NCBI RefSeq assembly: GCF_009914755.1
Contig: NC_060934.1
From: the human T2T-CHM13v2.0 reference genome, Homo sapiens
Reading direction: 5' to 3' (one strand)
Length of the DNA stretch: 64,000 bases
The notes below the pieces were generated by a model. It saw nothing but the letters and a program-made list of their open reading frames with translations, did not search any database and had not been told where the DNA came from. A program made the position numbers and the translations under genes. Positions within the stretch are counted from its first letter, which is position 1, and the number at the start of each line of letters is the position of its first letter. Positions 26,631-38,127 of this stretch are shown here, in pieces.

Positions 26631-27658
26631 CTGTAAGGAAGAATGGTTTCATTATCATCCACTGCATGTCTTCATTCTACCACAGTATACTTTACACTCT
26701 CTCTCCCCCCGACTCCCCACTGGCTGACCCACTCACCAAAGCTGACCAAGATTTTACCACTGAGACTTACATTCACTGACTTGTAGTTTTATGGGAAGAA
26801 ACCATGAACCTGGGTTAGAACCAGATACTTTTGATAAAGCGTCTGGCCAATGCTTACTGCTTGCTCTTCCATTAGGAATTATTAAATTCATTTTGGGGGA
26901 AGATATCTGAGTTCAGGTACCCCTGTCATTCTTTGTCCCTCTCTCCAGGGTTCCACGTTGCACAGGTAACTGACAGCGTTGGAGACAGGCAGAGCAGCCT
27001 CTCCCTGCATGAGCCAGTTCAATCCCAGATTTTATAGATGAGGAGTTGGAGAGAGCAAGAGCTTGCCCTGCTTGTTGCTGGGAGAACTAAACCAGAACTC
27101 TGGCTTCTGGATTCCCAGCCAGCACAGCTGTCCTTCCCCAGGATAGAGTCCTCCATCCCTGTCACCAGCACCTGCTTAATCCCATAATGCCACCCTCCTA
27201 CACAAGAAACCAGGGCCCACACACAGCAGAATTTTCGGTCTCCTCACCTGTAAACTGGAGAGAGGAATGTATCTGCTCTAATCTACCCATGGGGGCCTGT
27301 GGAGGTCAGAGGCACCACAGATGATAGAGAACATCTGGTAAGCAGTGAGATTTGCTATGTATCGTCTCTGTGCTGGATGATTTTACATGACTGTGATCAC
27401 AGAGAGGCTCAGGGCCCTGGAACACTTGTATTAATCCTTGGACAAAGATTCCAGGTCCCATGCTTACTTCCAACTTTGTGAACTGGAATTCAAAGTCTTC
27501 ACCTTGCTCAAAGGGCAGACGGTCATGGAGGGTGGCTTAGATTTCTTGTGGACTGGATACCTTCTTGTCTTTGAATGCTTTATATGATACCCTGCCCCCA
27601 GGGGCCCAAAGGCTATGTTTCTATAAATGCACGAAGCCTCCAAAAGAAACATACTTAC

Positions 27659-27712
27659 ATTGGAAATACAGAGGTGTGTATTGCCCGACACATTGGATTT
27701 CAGCTTCTGTGC
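27659..27712 (-). CDS. GFRA1: GFRA1 penultimate exon (54 nt, phase 0-0): AQKLKSNVSGNTHLCISN
   Basis: Acceptor ttttcttgtccctctccag|GCACAG and donor TCCAAT|gtaagt. Has an NVS sequon and lies within ORF 27464..27742. Confidence 0.96.
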
Positions 27713-27793
27713 CTGGAGAGGGACAAGAAAAAAAATGCTCAAACATAATACAGAAGAGTAATTACTGATGATCCATCAGTCAGCTGTCTAGGG

Positions 27794-28075
27794 CAATGCT
27801 CTCTGATAAATATGTGAGACACAGCTGTGAGCTCCATATATAATTGAACATTTTCTAGTAGCCATGTAATAAAGAGATATCAGGTGAAGTTAATTTTAAT
27901 AATATATATTATTTAACCCAATATATTACCATTTCAAAACGTACTCAATATTAATAAGATACTTTACATTCTTTTTATCCATACTAAGTGTTCAAAATCT
28001 GGTGTGTTTGGCATGGAACATCTCAATTCAGACTTACCCCATTTCAAAGCCAAGTGGCTCCTGAAGGAGCAGCCC
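27794..28075 (+). mobile_element. MER33 hAT-Charlie DNA transposon
   Basis: attttctagtagcca...caggtgaagttaattttaataatatatattatttaacccaatatat...catactaagtgttcaaaatctggtgtgt matches MER33 as remembered. Confidence 0.8.
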
Positions 28076-28221
28076 AGGACTAGGTTACTAAAGAAAACGT
28101 TTTGAAGTAATCCCTCATTTCTTAAAGTTAATTTTTGGGAAGTACCTCCTTCTAGGTAAAAACGTTGCAATAAACATCTGCATTTATTAGTGATACAGAC
28201 AGAGACCTTCCTGGGCTTGTT

Positions 28222-28345
28222 TGTTTGTTCATTCATTGCTTCAGTCAACAAACCCTTACTGAGCACCTACTGTTTACCAATGCTGGGTATATAGTGATGA
28301 ACAAAAAAGGACCTGGTCCCTGGGTTCTTGGGGCTCCTCTCTAGT
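28222..28345 (-). mobile_element. L2 LINE 3' end fragment
   Basis: ttcattcatt...caacaaacccttactgagcacctactgt...gtgatgaacaa is the typical L2 tail. Confidence 0.65.
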
Positions 28346-28654
28346 GAGGAAACCACTCACTAGTCACTGTTTAGGATCACATAGAATCCGGGGCTAAGGC
28401 ACAGGACAGGGACCCTTTCAGATGGGCATCCTCAAAGAATCACACAGAGCAGTACAGATACTCAATCCAGCCATTTGAAAATGGCTTCCCGAGCAGTTGC
28501 AAGGGGACTGAGCTGTGAAAGCATTGAACTCCCTGTTTCTCCTCAACTGGAACAACCCTCCACTGGGCTTCTACTGATAATTTCATTATAGGAAAGGTCC
28601 CATTGCTCAAATAATTACAGTGAAAATGCGTGTGAAAACTGACCTGGTACAACC

Positions 28655-28765
28655 CTCCCACTTTACAAAGGAAAACAGAGCCCAGAGAAGTTAAGTGACT
28701 AATTCAAGGTCACACAACAATTTACTTACAGAGTCAGGATGCAGACCCAGTCTCTTCAATTCCTA
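28655..28765 (-). mobile_element. MIR fragment
   Basis: ggaaaacagagcccagagaagttaagtgactaattcaaggtcacacaa is the reverse MIR core. Confidence 0.7.
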
Positions 28766-31700
28766 AATGAAAATGTGCTACCTCCTGCATCACAGTGGTT
28801 CTCCCCAAAATCCACACAAAGAACTCCCACAATGCTCCTTCCTCATCCCCAGCAACAGGAGCCGTTTGGCACTGACAGACAGAGAGCTTATTTGTCAACG
28901 GGCTGAGCCCTGGTTAAGCGTTACACTTGAATCAAGGAGGACCTGGGCAACCCAGCTCTGTGTGGATGGCACTGGCAGGCTGCCTGTTGTGACTTCTGCA
29001 ACTCCTGGAAGACACGCTAAGCTAAAATGATAGCATGTTCACCCAAGGAGTAATTTATTGACCATAATGCTACTTGGGAGGCATCATAATCTTTACCTAT
29101 ATTTGCATATGCCAGCTGTGAATATGAAATAGAAACCTTTAAACAAGCATCAAGAATAAGACACTGTGAAGCATCCCTGGGCTGTTCAAAGGTCACTAAA
29201 TGTTATGTATAAGAAGATCAGAGGGGAAATTGGAAGAGGAATTGAACCTGATTCAAAAGCCTACTTTTAATCTATATTAATAGCAAATCTGGTCCACTGC
29301 ATTGTCACCTACAGAGAGTAATGTGTAGTGCTTTACATGTTTTATTTCTGTTCAAGTTTGGAATTGTGCCCAGATACCAAAATGGCCCTAAAACATCACA
29401 TTCTGCCTTTTCTAGGCCATAATCTACAAAAGACATAAGCCCTTGCTAAGGGCCTTTGCATAACTAACAAATTTACTGAATTGCACAGGGAAGGCAGCGT
29501 GGTTTCTAGACTGGGATGCATTATGTCCTCAAGTTCTTCCTATGCTCGTGGTCACAGCCAAGTTGCGCCTGAGTGTCCTAGACCACAGTAGCTTCTAAGA
29601 GTTCCAAGGGCTGGGAAGGCCTCCTTTCTACTTTGTTCAGTATGATTAGCACTAGCAGACAGTGTTTTATTCATTGTATACTCAATCTGTGACACTCATT
29701 AGCTATACTGCAGGAGTATAATCCTACCATTATTAAATGATTAGAAAGGAGCTTTCATCAATGGACTAGAAAAGGCCTCTATCTTAACAGGTTTTCTTAA
29801 GTGGACTCGGCCTGCATAGGTAGATTTCTGACCCTCATTAGTCACGGAGGGTTTCACACTACATTCAGAATTTATAAGCTTTCAACCAGGGAGACACACA
29901 CAGGTGTAAACTCCAAGGATCTTGTCTTCTACCTGGAAATGGCAGGCATAACTTCAATTTCACAGGAAAATGCATTTCGATCAGCTCCAAGTCTGTGCAG
30001 TCGCCAAGTTCTTGTTCCCCCAAAGCGGGTATCCCATTGGCCTCTGTATAAAGGAAAAGCTCAGTTTCTGGCCTTGTCTCCGTGTAGTCCCATTGGCTAA
30101 AGCTGGAAGCAGCACCTCTCAAGCTCATCTTGCCTGGGGGACCACTCCGATTGGCATAACTGGAAGAACTGCTGAGTCCAAGTAAGAATACGCAGCCAGA
30201 TCCCTACAGGGGATGCTCTGAGAAAATGCCTTCTCTCCCGTTAAACATCTTCCCAACCCACAGAGGCACTCAGCACTCCAGAGGCTTAGCAGTCCACACA
30301 CAGGACTCTAAAGACACTGCTTACATTGTGTGTTAACAAGCTTCCTACAGAGCGGTCTGGGTGCTCGGGAAAGCCCTACAGCAGCAGAGGTTGAGCAGAG
30401 AGGCTCTGGAGGAGTTCCACCTAAACCTGGCACGGGCCACTGTCAGCTCTGTGAGTCTGATTAGCAGAATCAAAGGATTGCATATAGGTTTGAGATCTCT
30501 TTAAATCTCACACCAAATGAGATGAGGGCCAGAGTGTGTCGGCTGTCTAGACTGGATGGGGTCAACAACAGACATCATCAGGCTGGGAGTCCAGGACCTC
30601 TCACAGTGGGCATGCTGCAGAGAGAGGGTCAGAGCCTGGGATGTAGACCTGTGAACTTCTGGCTAGTTGCATGCTTATGAGTCCTGTAGGCAGTGTGAAC
30701 TTCCTGTGACTACTGAGGGTCAGAAATCTACCTCTGCAGATCCAGAGTCTACTTAAGAAAATCTGCGTCTTAAAACCCACTTTGGAACCTGAGAAACCTG
30801 TTATTTCCACATTTTAAAGGCTTTTATCCCAAGCATTTCTGAAAACATCATCAAGCTATCACTGTCTTGCTAGTCAGGTATGATAAATGCAAACAGATAA
30901 AATTGCAGGGCGTCTCCCGCTTTCAGCTATCACAAAAAGTACTTACACACTTTAAATGCTGTCTCAGTTGCTGCAAATTGGGACGTCCCAGGAAAATTAG
31001 AAGGAAAAAATAAACCCCAAACTCCTGAGACTTTGTAAGGTATAAGGTAAATTAGAAACTAGAAAAGCACCTTTTATTCCTGAGTTACCAACTGGTAAAA
31101 CCAAGGGTGCAATAATAGAAGGGCTGGCACAGTGTTCAGGGGCCCTTCAGTGAGCCTCACAGCCCTGATGATTATGAGAAATGCAGAGAGCCGAAAAAGA
31201 GCTCAGCCAGCCGGTACCTATGCAGACACCATGCCTTACAGTTTGTGGTTTTAACATGATATGTCTTTTAACAAGAGATGAAGAAGAGAAGATGCGTTTT
31301 ATTTTTTGAAAAATCAATTCGAACTATTCTTACAGTATGTTGAAAAATGAATTATTTAATCCTTTTTAAGAAAGGGTGTTTCTTAACTCTAATTTATAGC
31401 TATAAGGTTTAGGGGAAGCTGCCTGACTCTAAGTTGGGGGAAACACCACCACTGAAATATAGTACCTTGAGGTTTTCATCTTGAGAACGGGAAGATGAAA
31501 ATTATACTAGAGAGGCCTGTCCCCAAACCAAACGCCTTCCCTACATTCTGGAAAACCAGGGAAACCTGTTTTTTAGGCACGTAAAGCTTTGTCTCTCCAG
31601 CAGCTGTTGCTCTCATATTATAAAAGTGTCACTGGTGGTAATCCCCAAGTCCAGGCACGTCGCATAAATGAATTTTCAGGGCACTGTAATTGTGGGGGGA

Positions 31701-32681
31701 CAGACCTTGCCAGTCCCTGGCACCAGAGGGTTAATAAATGCATTAGAGGCTGTTAACCTCTGTTACCTGGAGTCAGAGCAGTGCCTCTCCTGCTTTTTAC
31801 CCCAGTGATTAGCATTTGGAAAGCCTGCCGTGGTGCCAGCAGCTTTCCTGTGCAGAACGCAGAGATGCACACATCATTTATAGCTCTCAGCCCAGTCCCT
31901 ACGTGGGTTCTGCCCACAGCAGGCTCTCCCCAAGCTCTGGGGACAGGTCAGGCTTGCGAGCAGCATGCTCACTCTGATTATGGAATTGGAGACTTAAAAG
32001 TGCACTCGCCCGGAGCCTGGCCTTGCTGCCCCAGGACTCCATTTCTGTAGAGAAGCCAGTATTTAAGCTCCAGATTTTAGGCAGCCGTCAGCCAGCAGGG
32101 ATGGAACATTTCTCTCTCCTCCTCCACGCATAAGAAAAGCCAGTTTCTGCTCTACCTCCAGAAAATAAAACCAGGGGAAGTTGCCCAATCCAATAGCAAC
32201 AGACTGTCCAGTCTGCAGCCAAATAGTCATAATTAATGATGCTCTGGTTCTTTTCTTCCTTGCTTTACTGATTAGAGAGATTTGCTATATTAGGAACCTG
32301 TTTGCTTAATGACAGAATACAAGCAATAAACAGAGAAATACACAGACTGTAAAATGCAATCAACTTTGCTCTCCAGCACTCACTAAGTACCTAGCTGCAT
32401 CTATCACACTTGTCAATACCCGTTTATTAGCATACAAGTCTCTTCTGCAGCACAAACTGGACCTTTGCTAGGGAAAACCACTGTATGAGTTCGTCCCAAA
32501 ACAGTCCAGAAGCAGAAGTCCAGAACTCAAAGCCATTTCTCAGTTTAAATCTACATATTTTATGTTCCGTTGTAAGACAAGCCATGGGAAGAAGAGTATG
32601 TACCTAATTGAGGTTAACTGAGCAGAGGAACCTGCTTCCAAGTAAGCATCATTCACACTGTATTTTAATAGATAGACTCAC

Positions 32682-32758
32682 CTGCTTAAAGACTTCAATA
32701 GGTAATACTATATAACAATTCTATTGTGTACGTGATACCAATTTGCCCAAATTAATTT
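32682..32758 (-). other. Candidate cryptic/poison cassette exon (77 nt) in the 24-kb GFRA1 intron
   Basis: Branch point CACTAAC (32802-32796), polypyrimidine tract CTTCTTTTTTCTGTCTTCTTTTT, acceptor ATACAG|AAATTA, donor GCAG|GTGAGT. In-frame TAG at 32710-32708. No transcript evidence is available. Confidence 0.5.
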
Positions 32759-34564
32759 CTGTATATAAAAAGAAGACAGAAAAAAGAAGCTCCTTGTTAG
32801 TGAATCCAAGCTAAGTAACGGTGGCCCACCTAGAAGTCTGGAGCCTTTTTTTTTTTTTTTTTTTTTGGCTTTGGATTTTGCCTATTGACATCTGGGATTG
32901 CTGGGAGAAGTTTTATCGCTGGTCTGGTCCCAAGCAGTTGGCCAGCCTTTCGAAAACATCTGCCACTCTCTATTTTGAAACTCACCTTCCTGGAGGTTTG
33001 CTTTTCCTACAAACTTGGTAACAATCACTTGCAACCACTGGTCTGAATAATGTCCAGTAAAGTCAGCTGCGTAAAACAAGTGGACACATAAATAAAACCT
33101 GCTCTGAGCCTGTGGGCTGGGGTGTTTTTCTTCCAGAGCCTGAGCTCAGCAATGAAGGGATCCATTTCCTCCAAGCTTAATTTTGCCAAGCCCCACGGAC
33201 CCTGGCCCAGGCCAGGAAGAAAACCAGGGGCTGTGAGGCCAGCCAGGGTGAGGCTGGGCAAGCGTGCTTCTGAGAAGGGGCTGGAGTAGCCCTGGGTGAC
33301 TCTTCTACCACTGAGCCTGGGACTGTCTGGTCTCCTCTACCTGCTCCCCCTGAAGATGCTTTGTCTCTGTGTTGCCTGAACCTCAGCCAGAGGCTTTCAT
33401 TACATTAAACTCTTAGAAGGCCTTGTAAAGGTATTTCACTCAGCACAGGTTTCAGAAAGGCCCAGGGGTGCCAAATTTCATTAGTCTGGGCAGGTAGAGT
33501 CACAGGATGAGGGACCTGCAGTCATACTTCCTTATTTGGAGGAGGCATAGCTCAGACAGGTTGGGCTACATTTAGGTGAAGCCTCCAATAATGGGTGCAT
33601 AGTGAGTTGAAATAAAGCCAGATTCCAGATGTCTGTGTTTGAGTGTGGGGATCCTAGCCTTGAAGCTGACAGACAGGCTCCAGCAGTGAAGGTCTTAGAT
33701 TCCTGGCACCAATGGGACAGTCAGAGTTGAACTGTGCAATTTAGTTTGAGCTTAGTGCCAAGCCTAGATCAGAAACCCTCTTCTTTGACCTGACTGGGGA
33801 CTGGGCCCATAGGTGGTCAATTGGGAAATTAAATTAAAGGGCAAAATCACTTAGAAATGGTATGTCTATACGAAACTTTACCAACTAAATATCACTCCTT
33901 TACTGATTTTTGGATTATGTGACCAGGACCATCTTTATTCTATTTTTTTTTTAAAGAGTCTATTGATTGGAGTTCCCTGGCTTATGTTTTGCATAAGCCA
34001 CGCCTATAATTCCTGGTCTACAGTTCCTGGTTTCAGTTTCCTAAAAACAGGAGTGACGTTTGACACCCGCAGAAGAATCTCAGTACACAATATTCCTGTG
34101 TTTGTATAATTGCACTCGGTCCTTTATAGTCATCTCACCCACACCTAATCCAAAGGCTTTTTTTTTTTTCAGGAATTTGCCTTTTCAGATATATTCAACT
34201 TAGTTTGCATTGAAGCAATTGTCCTTTTTTTGTGCTCCTATTTCAGTGATTTATGTAATATTTAGCAAATGATGTAAGCAAAAATACCAACTACAACCAG
34301 CACAAAATATATTTGATGACTGTTAAGCCTGCATCCCAACTGGAGAGAGTGAGGGGCACTTGTGGGTAGAAGAAGCGAAGTCCACTAGTGTGGCCCGTGG
34401 AGTGGGTCTTGTGCAGTAGCCAGTATGTTTGCAGGGAAAGGGACAGGTTGGCTTCTATGGCGAGCTGGCTAAATGAGTGTCAGTTAAGAGAACTTCTGCT
34501 ACAATTTAGAACTTGCTCCTGGTACTGGCTTGACTGATATGCCACGGTAAAAAGAGCACAGGTT

Positions 34565-35004
<440 letters not shown>

Positions 35005-37827
35005 TCAAAATTCAAGTTGCTGTGGACAATCTCTTAGCCTCTCTGTGGTTGATGGTCATTCTTTGATCGAGGCAAAAGTGGGAAATGCAAAACCTCACGC
35101 TAATTGGGCCTGCGAACTTTGTATGGAAGAGAACTGGCTTGTGATCATCTGTGATTCCTCAGATTCAAAAATGAATGCAATGAAAGAGACACAGTCCAGT
35201 AAGATATATCAACAGTCCTCCATTAGCTAAGCATTCCCTCGGGCTTCCCTGTCAGTCTCCAGCACACCATAAAAGGATGCCTGCAGCTTTGTACTTGTAA
35301 TTTAACACTAATGGCAAGATGGCAAGGAGTGCTGCGTGCAGACTCTGTCTACAGCATAGAGCTTCACAGGGTGCCCTGGCTGGGCTTACTTCTTCTTTTC
35401 ATACCTTCACAGGATCACCTTACATCTTTTTTGCTTTTCCCCACGCTGAGGCAGACACAGGTTGCAGAAATATATTAGAGAACTGTTTGTTTTCATTCAT
35501 GGTTAACTTGCTTGATTAGCAAAATATTCAGACAAGAAGCAATTATGAGCTGTATTTTAGAAAATTATGCACAATTAACAATAAGATAATGACAAAAATG
35601 TGTGAAAGACATTTTGAAGACGTTTTGGTTTGGGGTGAGGGCGGCTGTTTTGTATAGCGAACATTCAGCATTAATGGTATAAAGGCAGCTAGGAGGGATG
35701 GCCCTAAAATGAAACATTTGTTTTCTCAGAATGTGCAGTTGGGAATGCAAATGTGCAAGAGCAACAGAAAAGATTCATTGTTGTCCCTGATGAGAAGTGC
35801 ATGAAGCCTATCTCATCAGACATGCATCCTCATCACCATCAGATAATATTTATTAAGCCTCTCATTCTCCTGTGCATTTATGTGCAGCTGAGTGCGGCCC
35901 CGTAATGGCTCTGTGACTTATGGTGGTAACTAAGGTTTGATATAAAACACCACGGTTTGGAGACATAACGGACCAGGGGCTTTTGTTCATCCTCTGGTTC
36001 AGAAGACAGAACATGGTTGGTGTTGCAAAAAAACAAGGTAAAAGCAGAAAACCTTTAAAAGTTTTTTAGAATACGTGCTTTTAGAGAAAAATATTCTAGA
36101 AAGTATAGGAAAACCAAGTAGATGAATAGTGATGATGACTGTGATCATTACTGTCACAAATAGCCTTCACCCGATGATGATCCCATCTGCCTTTTACCAA
36201 ATACACCCATCGCTGAAACTACTTTCTGAGGGGTGTGCTCCCCTTTCGTATGGGTCAGAAACAGGGGTTCCGAGAGGTGATGACTTGCTCAGGTTTCCAC
36301 AGCTTGAAGAGGCTGCGCTGAGATTTGAACCCAGTCACTCTGACTCTAAAAATCAATGCATATTGACTCCATGCTAGACAGGCTGTCCATTATCTCCTAT
36401 ATCTTACATCAACCCTCAGAAACAGCTCATTATCCTGGTGACAGCTAAGGAAGGTTCTGAGAGGTGCAGTCATAAGCCCAGGCTCACACAGCCAGCATGG
36501 ACAGAGACAGCTCAGGCAGCACAGAATCAACAGTCTGAAAAGGAATACAGAGCCCAAGGGTGTCCTCCCAAGCTTCACCCCAGAAACCAGGAGCAACTTC
36601 TGCAAATGCAGCTTCTGTAGGAAGTCAGAGGTCAAGCCAGGCCAGGAGGTTTCTGCTCCTCCAAGATGCCAGTGGTGAGTGCCTCTCTGAGGTCCCTGCA
36701 GCAAAGGGGCAGGCAGGGGACAGCCACCCTGGGGAAAACTCCCAAAATGTCGACTCAGTGCCCACTGTCTTGAGTTTCCTCTCCAGAGAGTCTCATTTTC
36801 TTGGGTTTGAAATATAAGGGGCAGAGAGGAGGGATGCTCTTGGTTGAATTTTACCCAATAAGAGAACCAGGGCTGTTTGCTTCCACATAAGGGAGTTCCA
36901 TGGTTCAAGAACATGCAGAACCTATTATTCAGGGGAACATGGTTGGCTAGAAGTCCTAAGGATAAAAGGTCAGTAGGGGATATAAGAAATTGGATTTATT
37001 TATAGTATGTGATCTAAGTGTGCTCAGAGGTATTCTCACAGGTTACCCAGAACAAGAGAGCATATTTATAGCCAAGATGGTGCAGACGTCCTATTCCTTT
37101 TTATTAAGCATGTTTATTACCCAGCAATTGGGTTAAGCAATTGTCCAAGGGCTGAATTACTGTCCTTCTGATGGGCTGGCCTTACTGCCCTCTGGACCAC
37201 AGGTGCAGGTGGCCTAATGGCTTTTCCCATAATGCACTGAGGAGGACCTTATCTTCCCATCCTCTCTCTAAGTCTTTCTCATTTTTTGAGAATAGTGGTT
37301 TAAAAAAAAAAGTGCTTAGGAGAAGACATCATAAATGAGTGATCAAACAATTGGTCTATTTTTGCAAGGTAGCACACCTATATGATGCTCAAGTTCACTT
37401 CTCAGATGAATTTTGGGGTAAAGGTCACCGGATGCCGCCTCGGCACAGGCTCCTCCTATGTCATCATCAGCAAAGACCACCCAGGAGAATAAAATAATGG
37501 TATAAATGTTACTGTCCTGGAGGCTGAGTTACTGTGATGAAGGATTTAATTTGTTTAATAATTATAACACTCCTGGGCAGTAGCATTTATCATTCTCATA
37601 TTTTAGATGATAAATCCAAGGACCAAAGAGATTAAGCTACTCTCCATCTTAGCCTGCAGAGGGTTTGAATTTTATTGTATCAAGAGGCCTGGCCCTTCAG
37701 CATCTTCTCCTAAGTATGATAGTCTCCTTTTCTTAAAAAAAAATCAACACTGGAAACTAACCACCCTGCACTTGTTTGCATGATCACTTGTCAGGCATCA
37801 GTACAATTGATGCTGTGTTTTGCTTGA

Positions 37828-38127
<300 letters not shown>

